Shown here: positions 15,955 through 23,345 of the stretch, one piece after another | How the letters are laid out: each line of letters begins with the position of its first letter | Position numbering within the stretch: the first letter of the stretch is position 1 | Virus record (IMG/VR): IMGVR_UViG_3300050343_000199 | Coordinates: 128,819 to 192,818 of that record | Strand: one strand, 5' to 3' | DNA length: 64,000 nt | Source of the DNA: a virus | Notes under the pieces: model-generated | What the model saw: only the letters and a program-made list of their open reading frames with translations | Databases searched by the model: none | Told to the model about the DNA's origin: nothing | Position numbers and translations under genes: made by a program

Positions 15955-17991
15955 TCAAACAATTTCAACAACTGCTTTCCAACCAGACAGGTAAACCATC
16001 TTGACATTGAAAACCTGAAGGGTATTTCCTGCAGTAGTTCCAACAACACGAAGTTGAGTTGTTGAGATAGAACTGCCTGCAAAATCTTTAATTAAAATAG
16101 AACTAACAGTGCCTGCGGTAGTTCCTTGATCAACATAAACAGTAAACTCAATAGTATATCCATCTTCAAATTTAGATTCTGCAACTTGAATTTGGAAGTT
16201 TCCATTTGGTGTTTTTAAAACATAAGCAGGAGATCTAAGATCAACTGTAATCGTATCTGAACTATCAGTTATAGGTGATTGAGTAAATCCTGATTGTCCA
16301 AGTTCAACAGATTCTTCATAGTCAGACTCTTCAAAGTTTGAATCACCTGGTGATGGGAATAATTCTCCTGCAGTAGTTACTACGTTAGTATCAATTCCAA
16401 CAGCTATAGCATATTGATACCATTGAGACAGAGTAACTAGCGAAAGATCTGCTTTGTCTGGTTCATATACATTAGCATTAAACCAGTTAAGTGCGTGAGC
16501 AGGTGCCTGAGTATTGGTTGAAATTAATCCAGCACTAATCAACTGAGATACAATTAAACTGGGTACAAATCCATCTCTCTTCTTACGTTTTCTAATCTGA
16601 GTTTTTCCACTTGATGTAGTAACTTTACTCTCATCACCTAACCACATTGAGTTATCAGACAAGAACAAGTGACGAATTTTATACTCAGCAGATCCTAAAT
16701 CATATGCAGCATTAGAAGATGGTAAGATATGACCATTGATTTCAATGCCAGCAGCAGTTTTAATAATACTTCCAGTATTAGGATTGATTATAATACTATC
16801 AGGACTGTTACCAAATGGTCCAGTATTATGTGCTCCAATTGCAATACTAGATGATTGATTAGAAATATTAGTAGGTGCTAATGGTGGAGATGCATCAATC
16901 CACTGGTTGCTACTACCGTCAGCATAATAGACTTTAAGTCTACCTTCATTTGATTTCCACCAAAGATCTCCATCAACTGGAGACGTTGGTGCATCATCAG
17001 ATGTAGTAACAGTAGCACCACCACCGCTTCCACCACCTACAGAATTAATTCTAAATCCAGACGATGTTACCTGATCAATAGTAATTCCAGTACCTGCGTT
17101 TACATTGATATCATCAATCGTACCGTTACTTGAAGTCAGTCTTAACGCAGCACCAGTTGCAATTGAAGCAGCAGACTGAGAATATGTTGTGTCAACATCA
17201 ACAGGGATATCAGTTAGTTTTGCCAACTCAACCCAGTTTCCACTATGGGCAAAGTATGCACCACCAGTAGAATGAACATGTGCGAACATGCCATGATAAG
17301 TACTTGGACTAGGAAGATCAGCAGTAGTATCAAAATGAAATCTAATTCTATTACTTTGACTACTGATATCAATGATTCCTTGACCATTAATATTATGTCC
17401 TTGGATGTCTAGATTGCCACCTAGTTGAGGTGTAGTATCTTCTTTGAGTTCAGTGATGCCAGCAGAACCTGAAGATGCTATCCATCTTGCCTGCGCTGCA
17501 TCCCACTTAATATATGTACCATCAAGAATTGGACTAGGAAGATTAACGTCAGATAGATCCGTAACCGTAGATGGAATCTGAGGTTTACCAATAAGATCAC
17601 TATACAAACCAGAAAACAAAGCTGGTTTGTTTAAAATAACACCAAGACCAGAAGTCTCATTCCAATCAGATTGAACTTGATTAGGAGGAATAATAGGTTT
17701 ATTAATTAAATCACCGTAGTCTCCGCTTTGTCCTACTGCAGAGATTGTAGGTTTATTAAGAATTTGTGTAACACCAGATGATGATGACCAGTCTGCATTA
17801 ACTTGAGCAGCAGGGATAGAAACATCATCCCAACTAACACCATTACCGGTTGATCTAAGAAACTGACCGACATTACCTGAAGCACCATTTACTTCTAAGG
17901 GTTTGCCAGTAGGAAAATTCAAACCTTCCTTTGCTTCAACAGGACCATTATCATTGTAGTTAGCAATTTGATTTGCTAGTAATTTAGACAT
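15955..17991 (-). CDS. Long tail-fibre-like virion structural protein
   Basis: QVxxDW...ILNKP and SGDYGDLINKP repeats; GDLWWKSNEGRLKVYY module. Confidence 0.75.
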   Translation of the reverse strand: MSKLLANQIANYNDNGPVEAKEGLNFPTGKPLEVNGASGNVGQFLRSTGNGVSWDDVSIPAAQVNADWSSSSGVTQILNKPTISAVGQSGDYGDLINKPIIPPNQVQSDWNETSGLGVILNKPALFSGLYSDLIGKPQIPSTVTDLSDVNLPSPILDGTYIKWDAAQARWIASSGSAGITELKEDTTPQLGGNLDIQGHNINGQGIIDISSQSNRIRFHFDTTADLPSPSTYHGMFAHVHSTGGAYFAHSGNWVELAKLTDIPVDVDTTYSQSAASIATGAALRLTSSNGTIDDINVNAGTGITIDQVTSSGFRINSVGGGSGGGATVTTSDDAPTSPVDGDLWWKSNEGRLKVYYADGSSNQWIDASPPLAPTNISNQSSSIAIGAHNTGPFGNSPDSIIINPNTGSIIKTAAGIEINGHILPSSNAAYDLGSAEYKIRHLFLSDNSMWLGDESKVTTSSGKTQIRKRKKRDGFVPSLIVSQLISAGLISTNTQAPAHALNWFNANVYEPDKADLSLVTLSQWYQYAIAVGIDTNVVTTAGELFPSPGDSNFEESDYEESVELGQSGFTQSPITDSSDTITVDLRSPAYVLKTPNGNFQIQVAESKFEDGYTIEFTVYVDQGTTAGTVSSILIKDFAGSSISTTQLRVVGTTAGNTLQVFNVKMVYLSGWKAVVEIV

Positions 17992-18029
17992 ACTTCTAGT
18001 CTCTCAGAATGCTGCTATTATCTATCAAA

Positions 18030-18037
18030 TATTTATA
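18030..18037 (-). promoter_or_regulatory. T4-type late promoter
   Basis: Exact TATAAATA upstream of the virion gene block. Confidence 0.75.
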
Positions 18038-18040
18038 AAG

Positions 18041-18112
18041 AGCGGGAGATCGGATTTGAACCGACGACATCTAACTTGGAAGGATAGCGTTCTACCACTG
18101 AACTACACCCGC
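18041..18112 (-). tRNA. tRNA-Gly(TCC)
   Basis: GCGGGTG/CTCCCGC acceptor stem, loop CT-TCC-AA, GGTTCAAATCC T arm; no encoded CCA. Confidence 0.92.
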
Positions 18113-18119
18113 AAAAAAG

Positions 18120-18340
18120 GAGGGAGGTCAATCCCTCACTAGACTCATGCACGCCACTTGTTTTATTATTTCAGATGCTAAACAAGAAAACAACCACACG
18201 GAAGGGGATTTACCACCAATATATTTTTACTGGAACATATAAACCAGGCGGCAAAATCTTCACCCGCACCAGGGCAAGTTTAGAGTCCATCCGAGACTGG
18301 ACCAGAAGACGAATCTACCCAGCTCCACCAGGGCGAGTTT
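18120..18340 (-). ncRNA. Structured intergenic RNA upstream of tRNA-Gly (possibly manA-like motif)
   Basis: About 220 nt without a long ORF; stem CTTGTTT/AAACAAG, 15-nt direct repeat, terminal GAGGGA/TCCCTC hairpin plus T run; family name tentative. Confidence 0.5.
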
Positions 18341-18723
18341 TATGAGTCATCCCGAGACTCTTTGTAATCACCAAAAGAAATTACATCTTGCCCGAAAGAA
18401 CTAGGATAATCTACAGGACCAGCAGCATGAGGAGCATCGGCAGCAGAAGAAAACGAAATGTTATCTAGGGCATCCATGTCACCACCAGGACGAATGAGAT
18501 AATCTGACGAAAGATTGAAGTTATATTCAAGTCTATCTTCTTCCCACTGCGATGTATTGTCAGTAAAACTAATAGTATTATTAATTTTATTTTTTAGATT
18601 ACGAACCGTATTAAGAAGATCAAATAGTTCAGACAGATATGAATCATCACCCTCAGCAAGAGCATTGATTAGTGCCTGACGAACAGATTCTTCTGCAGTT
18701 TCAAGATGTGATTGCATTGACAT
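18340..18723 (-). CDS. Conserved hypothetical protein
   Basis: ORF track; MSMQSHLETAEESVRQALINALAEG. Confidence 0.75.
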   Translation of the reverse strand: MSMQSHLETAEESVRQALINALAEGDDSYLSELFDLLNTVRNLKNKINNTISFTDNTSQWEEDRLEYNFNLSSDYLIRPGGDMDALDNISFSSAADAPHAAGPVDYPSSFGQDVISFGDYKESRDDS

Positions 18724-18976
18724 AAGGATTTCTCACAGAATTAAATTTACGATATGCACATACATCTGGATCAGGGTCTAACCATTTGGTGTACTCTGGA
18801 TCTTCAAGGCATGTGTCAAGTTGCATTTGGTTATCAAGATAGTACATGTCTTGATAACGTTTAGTCCATTCATTTATTTTTTGAATGCGATAGTCAGGTC
18901 TACCGTTGATCTCCAAAAGACCGCACTGGACGTAGCGGTAAGGAGACCGCTCAAGAATGACTGTCGGTTTGTTCAT
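18701..18976 (-). CDS. Conserved cyanophage hypothetical protein
   Basis: ORF track; RYQDMYYLDNQMQLDTCLEDPEYTKWLDPD. Confidence 0.8.
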   Translation of the reverse strand: MNKPTVILERSPYRYVQCGLLEINGRPDYRIQKINEWTKRYQDMYYLDNQMQLDTCLEDPEYTKWLDPDPDVCAYRKFNSVRNPYVNAITS

Positions 18977-19179
18977 GAAGCATCATTGTGTTCGTTATAA
19001 CTATTGTACCACTCATCATCATCCATTTGCGCTGCTGCTTGGTCCAGTTCTTCAGCTGGCATAGCAATGACTGCTGTGCCATCAGATTTACGAACTATAA
19101 ACTGTTCTTTTTTAGATTCAATACGATCCATGTAAGAATCAAAGTTTTTTTCAAACTCTTCTAGTGTTACTTCAATCAT
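18973..19179 (-). CDS. Phd/YefM-antitoxin-like small protein
   Basis: MIEVTLEEFEKNFDSYMDRIE...EQFIVRKSDGTAVIAMPAEE matches the N-terminal pattern of that fold. Confidence 0.55.
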   Translation of the reverse strand: MIEVTLEEFEKNFDSYMDRIESKKEQFIVRKSDGTAVIAMPAEELDQAAAQMDDDEWYNSYNEHNDAS

Positions 19180-19418
19180 ACTACACAACAAATAGATTGT
19201 TCTTGCATATACTTAATTGACTCTTGACATCCACCAAGTTTGATGCCATCAAGGACAATCTGAGGGAACGTAGAGTTGTCTCCAAACTCCTCATAAAATT
19301 CTTCATAAGAAAAATCTCGGTCTAACTCATAGACAACGTACTTTAATTCAGACAAGTCCATTACTTGTTTAATTTTAGCACAGAACTTACATCCTTTTTT
19401 AGAGTAGATAGTAAACAT
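19176..19418 (-). CDS. Glutaredoxin (second copy)
   Basis: YSKKGCKFC; TFPQIVLDGIKLGG. Confidence 0.92.
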   Translation of the reverse strand: MFTIYSKKGCKFCAKIKQVMDLSELKYVVYELDRDFSYEEFYEEFGDNSTFPQIVLDGIKLGGCQESIKYMQEQSICCVV

Positions 19419-20077
19419 TATACTACAGATAGGGTTGCCATGGTTTCATCATAATCTTTCTGAAAAAGTTCTAATCCTTTATCAGTTAGGACATGATTGT
19501 ACATCTTATCAAAAATACCTGACGGCATAGTAACAATATGAGCACCATTATAAAATGCACGGGATACTTTATACACATCACGAAGAGATGCAGCAAGAAC
19601 CTGAGTACGAACACCCTGTACCTGGTAGATACTAGTAATAGAACGTACCAATTCTAATCCAGAGATAGAATTGTCATCATATCTACCAACAAAAGGAGAC
19701 ACATAAGTTGCACCTGCTTTAGCAGCAAGAATTGCCTGAGCAGCACTGAAAATCAATGTAACATTGGTACGAATACCAACATCACTAAGAGATTTACAGA
19801 CCTGAAGACCATCTGGAGTACAAGGAAGTTTAATTGTAGCAACTTCCTTGTACTCCTGATGTAAATTAATTGCTTCACTGTACATCTCACCAACAGTACC
19901 GACAACCTCCATACTGATATCTACAATACCTAAATCTGCTAGTCCACGGTAAACATCATGTGGATCTTTACCGCTTTTTCTAATTAGAGTTGGGTTGGTA
20001 GTTACACCATCAATAAGTCCAGTCGCAAAACGACTGGCAATAGAATCTACGTCTGCTGTATCAAGAAAAATTTTCAT
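19418..20077 (-). CDS. talC: Transaldolase (TalC type)
   Basis: MKIFLDTAD, GVTTNPTLI, ATIKLP, YVSPFVGR, LAASLR. Confidence 0.96.
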   Translation of the reverse strand: MKIFLDTADVDSIASRFATGLIDGVTTNPTLIRKSGKDPHDVYRGLADLGIVDISMEVVGTVGEMYSEAINLHQEYKEVATIKLPCTPDGLQVCKSLSDVGIRTNVTLIFSAAQAILAAKAGATYVSPFVGRYDDNSISGLELVRSITSIYQVQGVRTQVLAASLRDVYKVSRAFYNGAHIVTMPSGIFDKMYNHVLTDKGLELFQKDYDETMATLSVV

Positions 20078-20103
20078 TTAATTATATTGGTGAGTGTACC
20101 AAG

Positions 20104-20188
20104 CGGAAAGGGTGGGATTTGAACCCACGGATGCTCTCACATCGTCAGTTTTCAAGACTGATGCATTCAACCGCTCTGCCACCTTTCC
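20104..20188 (-). tRNA. tRNA-Ser(TGA)
   Basis: GGAAAGG/CCTTTCC acceptor stem, TCAGT-CT-TGA-AA-ACTGA, long variable arm. Confidence 0.93.
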
Positions 20189-20381
20189 GAGATTCCAGTT
20201 TAACGAACTGTTCTTTAAGATTATAGAACAACTTGTGGTCATTTGTCAAGACATAATATCCGTCAATGTCCTTACCATCACACGTAAATCCATAACCGAT
20301 TACCTGTTCACACACATCGTCAATGGTAAAACATTTATCTGTATGAAGGTAATCGTGATAGCGTTCATCCAGATTAATCAT
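20145..20381 (-). CDS. Hypothetical protein whose 3' end runs into tRNA-Ser
   Basis: ORF track, 78 aa; start abuts the upstream stop. Confidence 0.65.
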   Translation of the reverse strand: MINLDERYHDYLHTDKCFTIDDVCEQVIGYGFTCDGKDIDGYYVLTNDHKLFYNLKEQFVKLESRKGGRAVECISLEN

Positions 20382-20629
20382 TACCGTTCCTCAAAATTAA
20401 TTTTACGGACACGTCTTTTCTTACGTGCCTCCTGGTATTCTAAATCAGAATTTGTCAGGATACCATTATATTTAACAGAACTGTTATGATTCGTTAGAAC
20501 TACTTGACTTAAATCAACAGCACCAACGTGGTCATCCACAACCCTCATTTGGTTAGGACAACCACAGAACTGAACTTTACTTGTACTCGTCAGTTCAATA
20601 TTACATAGTTTGCATCTTGCAGATAACAT
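20381..20629 (-). CDS. Small Zn-finger-like protein
   Basis: CKLC ... CGCPN. Confidence 0.75.
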   Translation of the reverse strand: MLSARCKLCNIELTSTSKVQFCGCPNQMRVVDDHVGAVDLSQVVLTNHNSSVKYNGILTNSDLEYQEARKKRRVRKINFEER

Positions 20630-20656
20630 TATTCAGCATTTAACCTCTTTAATTAA

Positions 20657-20728
20657 TGGGTGAAGAGGGACTTGAACCCCCGACCGCCTCCGTGTAAAGG
20701 AGATGCTCTACCACTGAGCTATTCACCC
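20657..20728 (-). tRNA. tRNA-Val(TAC)
   Basis: GGGTGAA/TTCACCC acceptor stem, loop TT-TAC-AC. Confidence 0.94.
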
Positions 20729-20731
20729 TAA

Positions 20732-20814
20732 TGTCGGTAAGAGGACTTGAACCTCCACGTCATAAAGACACCAGAACCTAAACCTGGCGCGTCTACCAAT
20801 TCCGCCATACCGAC
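20732..20814 (-). tRNA. tRNA-Leu(TAG)
   Basis: GTCGGTA/TACCGAC acceptor stem, CCAGG-TT-TAG-GT-TCTGG, variable arm. Confidence 0.93.
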
Positions 20815-20817
20815 AAG

Positions 20818-20891
20818 CGACTCAGATAGGATTTGAACCTATGACCGACTGCTTAGAAGGCAGTTGCTCTATCCAGCTGAGCTACTGAGTC
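20818..20891 (-). tRNA. tRNA-Arg(TCT)
   Basis: GACTCAG/CTGAGTC acceptor stem, ACTGC-CT-TCT-AA-GCAGT. Confidence 0.94.
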
Positions 20892-20906
20892 ATAAAAGTT
20901 AGTTGC

Positions 20907-21155
20907 CTAACTTATACCAGACATCCAACCAGTAGGGTTAAGTTGTGTGGTTGTTTTACCATGACCAGTGGCAATATCATACATCACTTGATGTATATTT
21001 TTTACTTCTGTATAGTTATCAGCAAGTAAAAGGTTTTCTGCTACTGCTTGATCGTAAGCAAGTTTATATTCCTTCTGATTAAGAGAAAAAGTAGCCGGTC
21101 CAAACCATGGATCGTCTTCAAGATATTTTGGTGCTGGATATGTCATGTTTGCCAA
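20907..21155 (-). CDS. Conserved hypothetical protein
   Basis: ORF track; YLEDDPWFGPA. Confidence 0.7.
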   Translation of the reverse strand: MANMTYPAPKYLEDDPWFGPATFSLNQKEYKLAYDQAVAENLLLADNYTEVKNIHQVMYDIATGHGKTTTQLNPTGWMSGIS

Positions 21156-21532
21156 TGATAGTGGTAAAAGTTTCCTTTACGATCACACATAGGATCTTCT
21201 GTAACTACACGATAAGGCAACATACGTTGTCCTTTGAAACTGGTCCTGTCTCCAATAATTGAATACGCTTCCAGAAGATTATCTGTGTTTTTTAACCTAG
21301 CAACAACACTTGACTTTGCTGCTGGACGGCGATAAAGAAACCCTTCATATTGTCCAGGAGCATAAACTACATCGGCAACATTGTTAGGAAATACAGGAGA
21401 GTTGACCCTGTTAAGGATAGAAACCGCAACGCAGTATTCATCTTTAGTTCCAGTTGCTGCCTCAACTTGCACTGCTCGTGCAAGGTGGTCATAGTCAGCA
21501 GGCGTCAACGCCAGAATCGTTTCCAAAATCAA
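21143..21532 (-). CDS. Cell-wall hydrolase (SleB/Hydrolase_2 family)
   Basis: LARAVQVEA ... VAVSILNRV ... DVVYAPGQYEG. Confidence 0.85.
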   Translation of the reverse strand: MILETILALTPADYDHLARAVQVEAATGTKDEYCVAVSILNRVNSPVFPNNVADVVYAPGQYEGFLYRRPAAKSSVVARLKNTDNLLEAYSIIGDRTSFKGQRMLPYRVVTEDPMCDRKGNFYHYHWQT

Positions 21533-21974
21533 AATAATCTTTCCTGTAGTAACGTCCGAGTATGTTGCTATTATAGTAGGCGGGGGTGTGGTCTGTCAAG
21601 CTCTCGGTAAGAACGTTGTTGACGAAGAGTTGACGGGTCTCCTCATAGTTGACTCGTCCTGGTGTGGTGTGTAAGGAGAGGATCTCTCTAGCAAAAGACT
21701 CCCGTCCATACTGTTTAATATCCTCTGTAAGCTCTGGACAACTTCCATAGTACTTTTTCCAGTTACTCTCACTTGTAACTCTTCGCCGCTTTCCAGTATT
21801 AGAACTAGTTCTAGGCTTTCGTTTTTGCCAGAAGTATTTTCTACCGATGTAGGAACGGTTGGTGGTGCTACAGGTAATCTTGTAAACAAAACCATAGTTG
21901 TCCCCAATAAGAGACCCGTCAAAGACGCTGCCACAATAGATCCAGGGATTCGGATACTCTTTATTTTCTTCCAC
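21495..21974 (-). CDS. GIY-YIG-type endonuclease
   Basis: YGFVYKIT...RSYIGRKYF, ESNWKKYYGS, YYNSNI; GTG start. Confidence 0.85.
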   Translation of the reverse strand: MEENKEYPNPWIYCGSVFDGSLIGDNYGFVYKITCSTTNRSYIGRKYFWQKRKPRTSSNTGKRRRVTSESNWKKYYGSCPELTEDIKQYGRESFAREILSLHTTPGRVNYEETRQLFVNNVLTESLTDHTPAYYNSNILGRYYRKDYFDFGNDSGVDAC

Positions 21975-21982
21975 ATACTCAT
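21596..21982 (-). CDS. Overprinted ORF with N-terminal membrane anchor/signal, 128 aa
   Basis: SD GGAGGT 6 nt before ATG 21982; MWKKIKSIR followed by a hydrophobic stretch; late-promoter-like ATAAATA at 21997-22003. Confidence 0.55.
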   Translation of the reverse strand: MSMWKKIKSIRIPGSIVAASLTGLLLGTTMVLFTRLPVAPPTVPTSVENTSGKNESLELVLILESGEELQVRVTGKSTMEVVQSLQRILNSMDGSLLLERSSPYTPHQDESTMRRPVNSSSTTFLPRA

Positions 21983-22003
21983 GATATAACCTCCATTATT
22001 TAT

Positions 22004-22195
22004 TCAGTCCCATGGGTCGCGTATTTGTATTTTATTGCCTGCATTCTCCACGCTTGAGCGAGACTTGACGGACCCTTTGAGAGGAGATCTCTCTCCTCTT
22101 GATTGGGTAGGTTTGTCTGTAGGAGGTCTTCCCTCCAACCAGGTAAAGAATATCTTATCACAACTGAAAACCAGCGAACGTATCTTTTTGAACAT
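22004..22195 (-). CDS. Small hypothetical protein downstream of nrdB
   Basis: ORF track 22004..22213; fills the gap, ends IRDPWD. Confidence 0.5.
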   Translation of the reverse strand: MFKKIRSLVFSCDKIFFTWLEGRPPTDKPTQSRGERSPLKGSVKSRSSVENAGNKIQIRDPWD

Positions 22196-23345
22196 CTTGC
22201 GTGATCCCCCCAATGATATAAGATTCTACTTCTGTTTCTTGAGGTGCTACCTGCAGTCCTTTAGACGACAACCAATGCTCAGTCCATGGTAGAGGATTGT
22301 TTGTGATTGGAGTATCAAAGATTGCTTTAAGTCCAATAGATTTTAGACGGCGATTAGCAGTCCACTCAACATACTTAGAAAGCAACTTATCATTCAAACC
22401 AATGATAGAACCATCCTTGAACAGATATTCCGCCCAAAGTTTTTCTTCTTCTACGCACTGCTTAAACATATTGTAGACATTTACTTGCTCTTCCTTAGCA
22501 ATCTGTGCCATCTCAGGATCATCACCATCACGCCACTTGTTCAGAACATTCTGAGAGATGGTCATGTGTTGGGATTCGTCTCTTGCAATGAGTCCGATGA
22601 TTTTGGCAGATCCTTCCAGGAGTTTAAGTTCTCCAAAGGCGAAAGAACATGCAAACGAGACATAGAATCTAATGCCTTCCAGGATATAGACATTAGCCAT
22701 TGCTCGGTAGAGTTTTCTTTTGAGGTCATAAAGTGTATCTTGTGCGGTTTGACAATCATCCAATGCATGCTGCCATTGATTACCAGCACCCCATTCTTGT
22801 GCTGCTTGTATAAACTCATCGTATGCACGGGTAACTGATTGTGCTCGTGAGAGGATCTTCTCATCGTCTAGAATGTGGTCAAAGACATCAGAAGGATCAG
22901 CATATACATTCTTGATAATGTGGGTGTAGGAGCGACTATGGATCATCTCCATGGTCTGCCAGATATTCATGGCACCCTCAAGCTCGGGTAGGCTGCAATA
23001 AGGCATGAAAGCCATGCCAGGACCACGACCTTGTACGGAGTCCAAGAGGATCTGGTACTTAAGGTTTGACGTGAAGATATGTTTTTGTGCTTCATTTAAA
23101 ACTTGATAATCAGCGCGATCTTTTTGCAGCGATACCTCTTCAGGACGCCAGAAAAAACCTAGTTGTGTTTGAGTCAACCTATCAAACACAGGATACTTAA
23201 ACTTATCATACCTCTGAACTCCAAGAGGGGGTCCAAAGAACATCTTTTGCTTGGTACTATCTACTTGACTGGTATTGAATACCGTCATGCCATCTACTTG
23301 ACTACGCATCTGACTACTACCAACTCTAAATTTTGCAACTGTCAC
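22158..23345 (-). CDS. nrdB: Ribonucleotide reductase class Ia beta subunit
   Basis: FFWRPEEVSL, EMIHSRSYTH, LEGIRFYVSF, RDESQH. Confidence 0.97.
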   Translation of the reverse strand: MTVAKFRVGSSQMRSQVDGMTVFNTSQVDSTKQKMFFGPPLGVQRYDKFKYPVFDRLTQTQLGFFWRPEEVSLQKDRADYQVLNEAQKHIFTSNLKYQILLDSVQGRGPGMAFMPYCSLPELEGAMNIWQTMEMIHSRSYTHIIKNVYADPSDVFDHILDDEKILSRAQSVTRAYDEFIQAAQEWGAGNQWQHALDDCQTAQDTLYDLKRKLYRAMANVYILEGIRFYVSFACSFAFGELKLLEGSAKIIGLIARDESQHMTISQNVLNKWRDGDDPEMAQIAKEEQVNVYNMFKQCVEEEKLWAEYLFKDGSIIGLNDKLLSKYVEWTANRRLKSIGLKAIFDTPITNNPLPWTEHWLSSKGLQVAPQETEVESYIIGGITQDVQKDTFAGFQL

